DNA of 63,747 bases, filler included, from Ministeria vibrans ATCC 50519 (Eukaryota; Protista; Filasterea), in NCBI GenBank assembly GCA_943704425.1. It is 8 parts of 8 records of this genome, joined end to end, with 100 filler letters (N's around TTAATTAATTAA, not from the genome) between each part and the next. Parts side by side here need not be neighbours in the genome. Positions count along the whole stretch, not along the records: positions 1 to 12,669 come from CALSCP010001229.1; positions 12,770 to 41,772 come from CALSCP010000376.1; 6 more parts are not named here. One strand, written 5' to 3'. Below are positions 1 to 16,981 of this stretch, in pieces; the first letter of the stretch is position 1, and every line of letters begins with the position of its first letter. Both the position numbers and the translations under genes were made by a program. Below the pieces are notes generated by a model. The model was not told the origin of the DNA. It searched no databases and worked only from the letters and a program-made list of their open reading frames with translations.

Positions 1-118
1 TTCTTTTTTTTTTTTTTTTTTTTACATCATCCACTCTCCATTAACACTCTCCCTCAGTACTCACTCTCTCTCTTCCACCACCACCACCACACCTACCTTG
101 CCTCCTCTCTCTCTATTT

Positions 119-161
<43 letters not shown>

Positions 162-197
162 TTCGCTTTCCGCCTTCCTTTCCTCGTTGTGTCTTAG

Positions 198-812
198 ATG
201 TTCGGCAAGCCGTCGTACGAAGACCTGGAGAAGAAGATCAAGGAGCTCGAGGCTCAGTTGAAGGCTGCGGGCGGTGCTGCGCCCAAGGACAACAAGAAGG
301 CGAAGGTGGAGGCTGCTGCGCCCGCCAAGGCCGAGGCCGAGGCCGAGGACGACTTTGATCTGTTCGGCGACGACGACGAGGAGGCCGCGGCCGAGGCCGA
401 GAAGGTCAAGGAGGAGCGCATTGCGGCGTACAAGGCCAAGAAGGCCGCCAAGCCCACTCTCATTGCCAAGTCCAACATCATCCTCGATGTTAAGCCTTGG
501 GGTGATGACACCGACCTGGTCGAGATGGAGCGCCTGGTGCGCACCATCGAGCGTGACGGCCTCCTCTGGGGTGTTGCTAAGTTCAAGGAGAGTAAGAAAT
601 ACATATATAAAAACACAACAAGCAAGAGATGTGACTGAATGTTTTTTTTTTTTTGTGAATTTCTTTTTTCAGTCGGATACGGCATCAAGAAGCTCGTCAT
701 TGCCGCTGTGGTCGAGGACGACAAGGTCGGCACGGACTTCCTCGAGGAGGAGATCACCAAGTTCGAGGACTACGTTCAGAGCGTCGACGTCGCAGCCTTC
801 CAAAAGGTTTAA
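198..812 (+). CDS. Translation elongation factor 1B (beta/delta-type GEF subunit); an upstream exon may be missing
   Basis: Acidic motif [12 protein letters not shown]; GEF domain [36 protein letters not shown]; GT-AG intron 592-672 joins to IGYGIKKL...[14 protein letters not shown]. Confidence 0.93.
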
Positions 813-921
813 ACCACGAATACAACGAACACATTGTACAATCCAACCAAAAAATGTCACGATTCAAAGATTTCTGAGCATATACTACAGTACGGGGTTT
901 ACATTGGTTATTGGTTCAAAT

Positions 922-1911
922 TTATGGCTGTGGCTGCTGCTGCTGCTGCTGCTGCCTTCGAAGTGCCGCCTGTGCTGCTGCCTCACGCGCACTCCCTGCC
1001 ACATTACTTCCACCTAGTCGATGCGTGCTGCTACTGCCCCCTCCTGCTGTATCGGCTCGCTCGGGCAACGCAGTGCCTGCCGTGCCACCGCCCGTGCTGC
1101 GACCCGAATGCACAATTGCATCAGCTTCGCGTGTCAATGCCGAATTCATCTCCCAAAAGTCTGTGTTGTGCTCCGAGTGAACGATGTGCACCAGCTCGTG
1201 AATGAGCGTCTTGCGAATGATCTGAAACGGACGAAAGCCTGCGAGGTCGTCGGTGCGCAGTCGTAGCTTGATTTCCTGGCCTTTGTTCACGTTGAGACCC
1301 AGCACACACACGTCCGACACCCCCACACGCCCTTCTGGGTACATTTCCGAAAGGATACCAACACACCAGCTACGCTTCTTCATCACTGCCATGATGCCCG
1401 GATCCACCGCCAGCTTCCGCAGTAGATCGTGCGCCTTTGCCTGAGACGTTTCCGAGAATTGTTCGAGCACTTGAAGCGCCGCAAATCCAAAGCCGTCGCG
1501 CGCTGGCGACGGTGCCGGTAGAGCGCGCACGTCCACTGACACCTTGTACCTTTCTCGCATCTCGGCCCCCTTGGCGGCATTGTGAACTGTTTGGATCTGT
1601 GGTGGCGTTTTAGCATAAGGTTGAGAGGAAAATCGCGAACAAACGCGCACAAGACACGCTTGCGTCGTGCGTACCTGTGCATCTGTCGAGCCAACCAACA
1701 TGAGGACGGCCCCATCCGTGATGCCCACATCGCCTATAGCCTCGTCGCCGTCTGGCAGACGGCCCTTCAGCTTCCGTCCCACCAAACGCTGACGGTCGAG
1801 TGGAACTTGTGTGAGTCGAGCGAGCTGTTCTCGTAGCTCGCGCATCGTCGTTGAAGCCGTCAACCCTTTCAATAGAAACACTTCCGTTCCAAATTTGACA
1901 GTGACTTGCAT
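922..1911 (-). CDS. UBL + WLM domain metalloprotease (Wss1-like, DNA-protein crosslink repair family)
   Basis: N-terminal ubiquitin-like domain (QLARLTQVPLDRQRLV); WLM motifs VGILSEMYP, LGLNVNKGQEIKLRLRT and HELVHIVHSEH (HExxH); in-frame 78-nt intron 1597-1674. Confidence 0.88.
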   Translation of the reverse strand: MQVTVKFGTEVFLLKGLTASTTMRELREQLARLTQVPLDRQRLVGRKLKGRLPDGDEAIGDVGITDGAVLMLVGSTDAQVRTTQACLVRVCSRFSSQPYAKTPPQIQTVHNAAKGAEMRERYKVSVDVRALPAPSPARDGFGFAALQVLEQFSETSQAKAHDLLRKLAVDPGIMAVMKKRSWCVGILSEMYPEGRVGVSDVCVLGLNVNKGQEIKLRLRTDDLAGFRPFQIIRKTLIHELVHIVHSEHNTDFWEMNSALTREADAIVHSGRSTGGGTAGTALPERADTAGGGSSSTHRLGGSNVAGSAREAAAQAALRRQQQQQQQPQP

Positions 1912-2147
1912 CGAGAGTGGGTAAATAAGGTAAAAATGAATGGAAGAAGAAGAATAAGAATTAAGTATTAAGAATAAAATCAAATAAATTAATAATGATA
2001 ATCATTTCCAATGCTGAATAATTGAACGTTTTCGAAAAAACCGGCAACCCCAACAGCCTAGAATCACGTTAAAGGCTACAAAAGCATCACAGAGACAGAC
2101 TGGTTGATGACGACACAACATGCATTTGAGCAAGGAACAGACCATCT

Positions 2148-6164
<4,017 letters not shown>

Positions 6165-6483
6165 CAGTATCAAAAAAAAATGAAAGTTGAAACCAGATTA
6201 ACAGATTTACAACACTGAAAGTTGAATCTTCCTTGACCAGCAGGGAGTCTAATGAGAGCCAAGCAGCCCATGTCTCTGTCGGTGTTTATCCGATCAACTC
6301 ATACTTCTGCTATCCAAACTGTGTTTTCCTCTTTGACAAGTCGCACGAGAACAGCAAAATCTTCACACCGAAAAGTCCGAAATGTCAAAAATCCTTAATA
6401 ATTCATCTTAATTCGCATCAAACCAATTCGTTCCGTCGTGTGCAAACTCCTGCAGGTTGGTTAGACCTTGGGAAAGCATTAGA

Positions 6484-9400
6484 ATGGACTCAGGCGAGCA
6501 CTTGGGCGGGTCTCCGCCGGGCGCACAAGACGACGGCGGCAAGTGCGGCGCCCCACACGACTCACAGGGCGCACAAACCGCCCTTCCCCGCGCTCGCCTC
6601 TTCTTCATGAAGGCGTGGGAGTGGGACGAGCAGGGCACGGGGCGCGTTGCGCTGCAGTCCGTTGCGACGCATGCGCCGCAGCACGCGGGGGAAGGCGAGG
6701 AGGCGGGCGCAACGCTGCTCATCAAATTGGTGGAGGAGAGCGACACGCCCGATTCCGTTCTCCTGTCCTACAGCGTTGCGCGCACCACGCAGTTTGCATT
6801 GCAAGATGGTACTCTCGTCATGTGGCGACAGAAAGGCACCGAGGCAAGTCCCAACGTTGCGTTGTCCTTCCTGCAAGAGGACGAGGCGCGAACATTTTTC
6901 ACAACCGTGACAGCTTTTGCGTACGACGCTCCTATCGACCAGGATCACGACGAGACCGCCAGCGGTGGCGCTAGCGGCGACACCACGTCCAATGCGCCTC
7001 TCCACGAAAACGAACAGGGGACGAGCTACGGCCGTTTGGATGCAGCACACCACCGACAACGCGATCTCGGTCTTTTGACTAAAACTTCCTCCAACGCCCG
7101 ACCGGACGGGCAGGGTGTAGCACACAACGACGGCGAGAGGGGCCCTATCGAAGAGGACTCTGGAAGCGGTGAGAACAGCCGGGATACGGACGAGTGCGAC
7201 CAAGAGGAGGAGGAGGAGGAGGAGGAGGAGGAGGAGGAGGCAGAAGAGGACGACAAGGGTGAAGAGGACAACAACATCGACAACGACGATGATGCCGCTG
7301 CGGATCGACTTGCTCGCGAATTTGATGAGAAGCCGTTGTGGACGAGACCATCGCACGAGTTGGAGCGCCTTGACGTTGGGGGCGACACGTCACCGGTGGT
7401 GCACGAGGACGTTGGTCCTAGTTTTCCCAGCCTTGACCTGAGCCAGATGCCCCAGCCTGACTACAACAGCGTCGATGCTCTTGACGAGTTTCTCACCAAC
7501 ATGCTGCATACGATGCCGCCACAGGACCTTTTTACATTCCTTGCCAAAGAGGACTACGTCGGCGCACTGCTCGGCGTCTTCAGCGACTGCGAAGACCTCG
7601 AAGACGAGGCGACCCTCCAACATCTCTTCAATTGCTTCAAGGCACTCATCCTTTTTGGGGACGCCGGTCTTCTTGATCAGATGCTGCGACCCAACACGAT
7701 TGATCGCGTCATTGGCGTTCTCGAGTATGACCCGTCCCTTCCCACACGCCAGCGCTACCGCGAGTTTCTCTCTCACACTGTCGTCTTCAAGGAGGTCTGG
7801 ATAACACGCATCCCTTGCAGTCCTACTCACATAATATTATTATCCACACTGTGATTACACTTGTAGATTGTGCCGATTCGCGACGAGAAGCTGCTTCGAA
7901 TGATTCACCAGACGTTCCGGCTGCAATACATGAAGGATGTGGTGTTGGCGCGCTTGCTCGACGAGCAGACCTTTGGCGCCTTCAACTCGCTCATTTTCTT
8001 CAACAACGTCGAGATTGCGATGGGCCTGGGCCTCGACCAGCGCTTTTGCTGTGATCTTTTTGATATGCTGCGCGATCAGTCTCTCCCGATGGAGTCGCAA
8101 GTCGATTTGGCAAACTTTGTTGATCAGTTTATGTCCCTCTGCAAACAGTACCGACAAAAGAGGGAATGGGTCAAACCAAACGTATATGTTCTGACCCTGT
8201 GTTGTGTGTATGTGTGCGTAGCTGTAAAGATGAGTATATTCACCGGATATTCCAGTCCCTGGTTGATCTGGGGCTGTTTGAGGTGCTTGGGCGGTTTCTG
8301 AGGCATTCGGAGGCGAGTGTGGCGCGCGCAGCGGGCAACTGTTATGTCACTCTCATCAGCTACACTCCACGCCTCATTCGCGAGAAGATTGAGAAGGATG
8401 CCCATGATATGAAGGTATGAAACGTAGAAATGGGGGAGAAAGAAACTCAGAGGAGGGAGAAGGAAACAAAGTGATAGAGAGGAGGGAGAAAGAAACAAAG
8501 TGATACAGAAAGACTTTGCATGGAGATTTACTTTCACGTCATGTAGGATGACCCAAGTCGGGCGATTGAAGAGACCCTGTTGGGACGGGCTGTCACTGAT
8601 ATGTTCGCTTCGACAGACGACTCTGTGCGCGATTCGGTAAGAATTAAAACGTTTTAGTAGTCTGCGCGTGACGCTCTTCTTGTTTGTCTTTTCAAGTTGT
8701 GTGAGTTGGTGCGCAGTGCAACTGAGACGGATAAGGATAATCCGTCGCGAGCATCGGACATTCTTGACTTTTTCTATGAGTACTGTACGCCTTTGATTGT
8801 GCGTCGTGTTGCTTGCATTTCAGAGAACAGTACGCCATGTTAGTTATGCTATCTATACCGCGACTAACACCATTAAATTTTTGTTATTATTGCTGTTATT
8901 ATTATTATTTTAACTTTGGCTTCAGTTGTGGAGGTGTGTCAGGGATCGGTGGCGGTGGACGATGCACTGGTGGCGTATGAGCTGCTGCACGGGTGTTTGC
9001 CACAACACGCGTACCGCATGAAACCCGTGCTGGTGCGCGGTGGACTTCTTATGCACACGGCCGCTCTGCTCAAGGGCCCTCCAGCCTCTGCTCAGCCCAG
9101 ACAGGATACGAACCACAGTGAGAGCACGACCACAGCAAGTGACAGTGATGCCTCTTCTTCGCTGCTCAAGGTCCCTGTTCATCTTGTACTCGCTGCTGTG
9201 CGCTGTCTTAGGGCTGTGCTGAGTCTCAAGGACGAGCTCATTGTGTCCCAAATCACCAAACTCAAGTATGAGAGTGAGAGACTGCAAAACCGAGCGCGTC
9301 TTGCATTTTTTTTCTGTATTTTTTATACTGGATTGTGTTTCGTCTGTGGCTTGTTTGCTTGTTAATGTGTTTGTATGGTTTGTTTTGATTGATTTCTCAT

Positions 9401-10609
9401 TTTTCACTTCTGTGCTTCTCCTTTAGGATTTTTGACTATATTGTTGATTTATTTGAGCGCAATGGCAATCGGTATAATCTGCTCAACTCTGCCTTGATTG
9501 ATCTGTTTGATTTTGTGCGCAACGTAAGGTGTTAAGAAAAAAGCGAAGACGCGTGCTCACAATCGATGTGTTCGGTAGTTGGGAAATAAAGCACTGCTAA
9601 AGTACATTGTGGAGCGATTTCACGAGCGACTGTCGCAAGTGACGTATGTGGACACGTTTCGACAGCTGAAACTTAAAGTAAGGAACGGATAACCATCACT
9701 GTGTTTAACTGTGTGCGCGTGCGTGTGTGTGTGTGTGTGTTTAGCACGATCAAAATGAGGATGTGCGGGAGCGAATGATGGCTGAGGGGCGACTGACAAC
9801 GCCTGAGCGTGAAGAAGCGATGGCACGGAAGCGACAGCGACGGGATGATGGGCAGATGGATGAGTTTGAAGAACGGTACTTTGATGATGATGACGATGAG
9901 GAAGAGGATGGCAGGAAGGGAGATGATGCTTTGTACAGTGGAGTGAGCAACAGCAGCAGAGGTAGTAAGCGAATGCGGGTATTGTCGCCTGAGCAACAGC
10001 AGCAGCAGCGCGATGCAATGGATGAGAGAAGTGATGACGTCGCCAGTGATGGCAATGGTCGCACTGATGGCGATGATGGTGGTGGCGACGATGCAGAGGG
10101 GGAGAGTGGCGGAGGGGCAGGCGATGGCAAGTCGGATGGTAGGAGACGAGGCAGTGAGGATGACGACGGTGACATCTTTGCCGACTCCATTTCAAACGAG
10201 CGTCCCGGTCTGGACGGTAATTGAGAACAATTGTTGCAGCACGTACACTTCCCTGATCACACCCTTCCCTGCCCACTTCAATTGCACACACACTCCCTTG
10301 CTCATACATTCTTTTGCACACACACACTCCCTTGTTTATACGCTTCCTTGCTTATACACTTCCTTTGCACACACACTCCCTTACTCATACACTCCTTACA
10401 CACTTCCTTGCTTGCACACTCCTAACACACCCCTTTTTGGTAGACGACGATGATTCGCGCTTTCTTCCTCCGTCGCGGTTCCGGCGCAACACTTCCGATG
10501 ATGATGACGACGATGACTTTCCATTTGTGGGTATGTACACTTTTCCCGATGTGAGGGTGTGATTCACATGGAAATTTGTTTCATTTTTTTTATAGGTTTG
10601 AAGAAGTGA
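6484..10609 (+). CDS. PPP4R3: Protein phosphatase 4 regulatory subunit 3 (SMEK/Psy2), multi-exon
   Basis: EVH1-like start (WDEQGTGRV); SMK-1 domain CEDLED, VIGVLEYDP, IHQTFRLQYMKDVVLARLLDE, NSLIFFNNVEI; later RYNLLNSALIDLFDFVR; acidic tail. Confidence 0.9.
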
Positions 10610-10678
10610 CCCGACATAACACAAAAACAAAACATAATGCACACAATATAATATATTATTTTCTCTCTTTTTTTACTT

Positions 10679-11627
10679 TCATTGGCTCATGTCAATGTTG
10701 TCGAGTGGACACTTGACGGATCGTTCGGTGAGCCAGGTATCAATGCAGTCGCGATGGAAAACATGGCCGCAGGGCAGGCGACGCACGACAGTCCCTGATG
10801 GAAAGTCGTCCATGCAGACGAGGCAGAGCTCGCTGGAGAGTAGTGTGGCGGCGTCGTCGTTGAGCGTATCGGTGGGAAAAACTTGGAGGCGCGTGGAGGA
10901 GAGGGTTTTCGGCTTGACCGTCTCGTCGAGGCGCAAGAGAAGGTCGTAGTCTGCCGGCGTGGCGTCGCGGTGTTGGAGTTGCTCGAGGAGCTGCGCAAGC
11001 TGCTCGTCGACACCCAACGTGCGTACAAGTCGTCGGGTGTAGCCGGCCGTGGTGGGTCCATTGCGATTGCCACTGTCGATCGTGCTGGGTTCTCTGAGAC
11101 TGAGGCCCATGAGAGAGAGACGCATTGCCAGGGAGGCCAGTCGGTTCTCCTTGGTCCGCTCCGCCTGCTCATCCACAATGGCGCGCTTGGTGATTTTCTT
11201 CTCGTACGTCACCGCACGTACACGGTCTGTCTTTTTCACATGCTTCTTCAGATTGCGGTCGTACACTGTGCCTTTGCCGCCGGACCGTTTTGATTGCTTT
11301 GTTGTTCTGCATGTTTTAGTGCATTTAGATTTGTTCTCTCTACCAAGTCGATTGCATTTCGTACTGTCGTTGGTCCCACAGATCTGCCTCGGCCAGATAC
11401 GCGTCTGTTCGGGGTGTTACTAAGTCGTCGTCGGCTTCTTCTTCGTCGCTGCTGCTGTCGTCGTCGTCGTCCTCCGCAACCGCACTGTCGTCTTCTTCTC
11501 GCGCGCACGCCGAAGGGCCTGCTTCAGCGCCTTCGTCGACACTCCCCGAAGCAATGCAAAAGGGACAGGTACATGGTTGGAGCACGGCGTCGTCGCTGAT
11601 TCGAAAGGAGACTGAGGGTGAAGACAT
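10679..11627 (-). CDS. RING-H2 finger protein (putative E3 ubiquitin ligase); start uncertain
   Basis: TPADYDLLLRLDE followed by CLVCMDDF...LPCGHVFHRDCIDTWL...KCPLD; intron ~11307-11362 links an acidic upstream exon in frame. Confidence 0.8.
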
Positions 11628-11967
11628 GAAGAAGTGTAAAGTGTAAACAAACAAAAATCTAATTGATCATGATCACGGATGCATTGACAACCACCGTAAA
11701 TGTTCCATCGTGGCACACGCGAATAATTCACTCTTACCATTATGATTACAATGCGCTGCTACGCGCTACGGGCCTTCGTTCATGGCAATGCGTCGTATAA
11801 TATTCTGTCAGTGATGAGCCAAAGCTCGTGAAGACACTCGGCCGTATTAAGAAGCATCTCGGTCGTTTCGACGTTGTACAATTTGGTGTATGGTCGCGAA
11901 CTAAGGCGGACTCTTATCCCCCCTTCCTTTAACATAAAATTGCAATAGTAATGAAATAAGTAACAAG

Positions 11968-12548
11968 TTATACATCGAAGAAATAGGTTTGTTGATGCCA
12001 CTCGGGATAGCTGCGCTGCCGGCGACGGGTGGGGAAAACCCAGTGAAGGCCTGGGCGGCTACCACAGGCCTCAGCAAGCTTGTCCTTGAGCGACATGGCC
12101 TTGTCGCGGCGCGCCTGTCCGTCGTCCTCGTCGCCGTCCAGCACGCCGTCCGATACGCCTGTCGGACTGTTGGCTGCGCGCTTCTTCTTGAGTCGGTCAA
12201 TCTTGCTCGAGTCTGTTTCGAGGTTACACACTTGATCCCAGAACATAATACATGTGAAGAGTGCAAAGATAACGCCTTCAAAGGACACAATGCATATGAG
12301 CACAGTCGACAGTGGATTTGCAATGCGGCCGCATCTGCAACGAAGAGAAAGAAGAGGAGAGCAGAAGGCGAGTCAGAAGGGAGAACAAACGCGATGCGTC
12401 AGGGTACTCCTTCCAGTCGGAATCGATGCAGGTGTAGACACGTGATACGACGAGCGAGAGGGCATAGAGACTCGACAGACTGATGTACATGCAGAATTGC
12501 ATAAAAAACTTGAGGTTGAACTCGCCAACACAGTTGTTGACCCAAGGA
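11968..12548 (-). CDS. DHHC palmitoyltransferase, 3' part (5' lost at contig end)
   Basis: PWVNNCVGEFNLKFFMQFCMYI (end of the DHHC cysteine-rich domain), TM segments, and a C-terminal QVCNLETDSSKIDRLK segment. Confidence 0.85.
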
Positions 12549-12568
12549 CTAAAACAACGATAGACAGA

Positions 12569-12669
<101 letters not shown>

Positions 12670-12769
12670 NNNNNNNNNNNNNNNNNNNNNNNNNNNNNNN
12701 NNNNNNNNNNNNNTTAATTAATTAANNNNNNNNNNNNNNNNNNNNNNNNNNNNNNNNNNNNNNNNNNNN
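12670..12769. other. Artificial 100-nt contig spacer (44N-TTAATTAATTAA-44N); same at 41773-41872, 48458-48557, 54998-55097, 57320-57419, 59199-59298, 62445-62544
   Basis: Identical structure seven times; the 12-mer gives stops in all six frames; several genes are truncated at these junctions. Confidence 0.97.
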
Positions 12770-12860
12770 GTCCTATCCAGAGAGAAAAAAGAAATGATAA
12801 AAAATAAAATAGATAAAAGGAGATCAATACTTTCCGTCAGACTCGCCTTCCCTCCATTAC

Positions 12861-15800
12861 CTCGTCTTCCATTCGACGCAACTTGCTGTCACGAATGCGA
12901 TTCACATGATCCTTTTGCAGCACCAAGCGCTTCTCCTCCACCACGTACAGCGGGCGACACACTCGTCCAGCGTCCATGTACCTTTATCATTGAAAAAAAA
13001 AGAAAAGAAAAAATGAGACATTCGAACCGTTATCCGTTTTGTGGTAGAAAGGTACAATCTGATTTCGCGGTTCTGCACGTCGCGCACAATAGACACCTCG
13101 GGTGAAAAATCTCCGCGACGACGACTGCGCATCAAGTCGGTCACGAGCATGTCTGGATCGGCACTGATGCCGTACCAACTGCCGTTCACAAACACTTTGC
13201 TCGCCTACATAACTCATTTAGAAAAACAAATAACAGTGATTATTGGGGGTTAGTCTCACCTGTGTCACCGCTTGTGGATGTGTGTCAAGATCAAGACTAA
13301 CCACGGCAAACTCTTCAAGAAGCTTGATCACCGGGTAGGTTGCCGTGCCCACACTGATGTAGGCCATGAGCGAAAGATTCTTGACCAGACCGCACGCCTG
13401 TCCCTCGGGTGTCTCCGCCGGACAGTTGTGGGTGACAAACCCATTGGATACAAACGTGTGCACATCGCTCACAGTCGTGAGGTCCATCACAACTGGACAT
13501 GAAGCGTGCGATACATTTTCAATGAATTCGACACGGCCATAGAGTGTGCCCGTGTGCACGTCCGCGTCAGCGTCCCTGACAAACTCACTGTACGACATGA
13601 CGGACGTTGTCTTGCCAGGTACCCTTCTCTCGCAGTAGCGCACGTATTCGCCGGCAACGCGCGTTGGATTGGTCTTGCTCTGACACCACGCATAGCCAAT
13701 AAAGTCGACAAAGCGCAATACGTCCGAGTGTGACTGGGCAACAGCGAGTTTGAGGCGTGTCGAGTCCTTCTTCGTGGCGGACATGGTCGTGGTTGTCGCA
13801 ATGTCAAACGTCTCTTGGAGCATCGTCTTGACGTCCAGCAGCAACTGGGTGCTGTCGGGGCCGAGGGAGAGTGTGGGTGGACACATGCGGTCCTCTTTGA
13901 ATGTTAGAGACTTTGCACAGCCGGCAAAGATCGCAGATAGATACGCTGCCTGCACGGCGGGCGTGCCGTGACGCACAAACAAAGGCACACTCGAGTTGAC
14001 GGCCAGTGGCGCCAGGATGCTGTCGAGTGAAACATGATCACTCAACTGTAGCGAAGCAATGGCAGCGCAACGGTCCGCTTCGTCTTGGGGAGTACGTGCG
14101 GCAGTCGGGAAAAGACGAGCCCCCATGAGCTTGGCAATGGTCACAAGACGAGCGTCGTTGGCGGCCAGTGGCTCTGAGTCAAGCACCACGGTGTGCTCAT
14201 TGTCGTTGTTGTTGTTGTTGTTGTTGTATTTTGGGGCGGGCATTGGCAAAACGGCGGTGGGCATAAGAAGAACGCGGTCGCCGACTTTGAGATCACCAGC
14301 AAGATCAAACGAGCCATCGAATGCGGTGCCATGAGGCACGGCAAAGGCATGGTCCTCAGTGGCAATGATGCTGCGGCCCGACGAGGTGCCGATGCGCAAA
14401 ATACGCTTTTGGAACTGTGTCGACTCGAACTGTTGAAAGGCGGCAATACCCGAGGGAGCGCATGTACGGGTGCGCGGATCCACCACAGCAACATGAGGGG
14501 TGATGCGCTGCTGCTGTTGGAGATCGGCAATGCGCACAAGTGAGCCGTCTTGAACAAGGACCGTCGTGTCCGGATGCACACAAACCATGCCCCACTGTGT
14601 GTTGTGCAACTGACGTGGCTTGGCAATCTTTCCACTGCGGTCAATGGGCGAGTTGAGACGACGCAAGTGTGACAGTGTCGACGCAAACGTCAAGCGGTTC
14701 AACACCTGGCTGACACCCGCGGCCGCCTCGTGTGCCTGTAGCAGAATATGAAGTTTTTTTTATTACACCTTCATTCCTCACTTTTTGTTTATAAACGATG
14801 TTTACCTTCGTGTTTTCACCCCAGTTTCCGGTCGCGAGCGAATACTTGAGACCGTCACTGATGGTTTGCAGACGAATGGCCTTCTCGACGCTAAAGTCGG
14901 CACCCCGCTCAATGACCCTGTCGCAGTAGCTGCGCATCTCACCCGTGAGCTTTTTGAAGAGCAGACGAAAGAGAGAGGCGACGAGCGGTCCCGCCATGTC
15001 CAGACGCTTGTTGCCGACGTGATCACGGTCGTCCTGCTGACGGCGTCCCAGCGCACACAACAGAAGGCGGTGCGCCATGTAGCCCAAGAAGTATGCCTAA
15101 GCGCAAAAAAAAAATGCAGATGTAAAAACGAACGACACCAACCTCTTTGTCCGCTACCTTTTTGGCCTCGCAATGGTCGTCGGTACTGACGTGCGGGAGC
15201 ATATCTTTGATAAGCAGCTCGTACGCGTACTTGAGACGCTGAGCTCGCTGTGTACCAGGCTGCAGGGCGCGCTTGGCAATGAAGTCGAGCGCCTGCTGAC
15301 GGTCGTGGATCACACTCGCCTCTGTGAAAATTTCATTGGTTAAGACGCGTCTTTTTTTTCTTTTTTTTTTTTTATTGTCTGTACCTTCGAGAGAGGGACG
15401 CAAGAGATCGACCATTTGCGAGTCGGACATGTCGTAGCAGATGTGCTCCATAATGGTCTGGTCGGGGACAAACGAGAGGGCACGGAAGACAATAGCAATG
15501 GGAATCTCGTCTTTGAGATACGGTAAAGAAGAGCGCAAAAGCGATCCTGACACATTGGTGATGTTGGCCGTCTTGCCGCCCGACAGCATCTTGACGGTAA
15601 GTGCCGACGAGATGCGTGCACCCGTCTCCATACACGAGCGGATCTCGCACACGAACGAGTGCTTAGCCGGCTGCTTCTTCTGAAACACGTACACGTTGTT
15701 GAACGCCATCCGCTCACGCGCAATCAGCACCTAAAGTAAACTAAGTTGAGCAGCATTGCAACAAAATAGTACTACGAATGATTGCACCTTTTCCGAGCCA

Positions 15801-16943
15801 TTGATAATGAAGTAGCCACCTTGGTCGTACTGGCACTCGTTGTAGTCGCTCGGCGCCTGGTTGTACTGTTTGAGAGTGCAACACATGGACTTGAGCATAA
15901 TCGGCACTCGTCCCAAAATCGCTCGTGTTGTGCGTGTCTCTTCCTCTTCGCCATCTGCGCATCGAAGAGAAGAAAAAAAGAAGAGGAAAAAAATTGATCA
16001 GGCTTCGACGTAGGGCGCATCTTTCTCTTACGCTTCTCGACAATCTTGGTGACATCCACCAGCACTTGCGAGGCATACGTAAGGTCACGCAGTCGGCAGT
16101 CATTGGGGAACATGGTGGTGCGTGTGCCGTCGGCCTCCTGCAGCTTTGGCTTGGTCACGTACACCTGACCAAATTTGATTGTGTATTTGGGCTGGAGACA
16201 CAAAACAGGATATACATTGGTTTCGGTTGAGCTTCATATTCTGCACGGGCATTGTATGCGTGCTGCTTACGGGCTTGACCTCGTCGGCGGACATGTGCTG
16301 TCGCTCCTTCTCGATGACAATCGGAGGTGACTCTGTAATGATTTCTTGAATAGTTGTGCGAATAAACTGATCAAACGAATCGAGCTGCTGACGCACGAGA
16401 CCCTTCTCCTCGAAAAAGGAGCTGCAAAGAACCATCGGGTGTGTAGGGTCAGTATCAGAACAAACGAAAGAAGGCTCACAATGCAAAAGACAAAGACATC
16501 ACTTTCACCTTCAAACCTCTCACACAAAACTGCGCAATGAAAAAGGACATCAAAGGAGATTCCCAAGGATGGCAGGGCACAGCAAGGGGCACCATAGGGG
16601 CGGCAGGCGGGGCATGCGCGGGTGCAGCGTGCGTCGTTCAAGGCAAACGCGCCGAGTGAGTGTGTCGACGCCATTTCACTTCGCTTTGGCGCTTTCCCGG
16701 GCGCCCGTGTGGGGTTTTGCGGGACACAGGTCCAACTGGGCGTGTGTGCCGGTGGGGCGGGGAGGGTGGGCGAGAGCGAGCGCGGGCGAGGAGAGACAAA
16801 CGGCGAACGAAAAAGAAACACTCACAAACGGACTGTGGGAGACGCCATAGAGTTGCACATGGGGTGTTGCGACAGCCAGTAGCATGGGGAAGCCGATACC
16901 GGCGGAGGAGACGTCTCGTTTAAGGCAACGAGAGTGAGAAAAG

Positions 16944-16981
<38 letters not shown>

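Noticed and set aside
11340-11348. Possible in-frame TGA (selenocysteine or readthrough) on splicing the RING gene
   Set aside because: The upstream donor GTACGA at ~11362 gives an open frame (CAA) without recoding.
12714-12725. Palindromic TTAATTAATTAA repeated seven times
   Set aside because: Always centred in 44N flanks, so it is an artificial six-frame-stop spacer. Adjacency across these spacers (e.g. PLE next to the epimerase) is not evidence of linkage.
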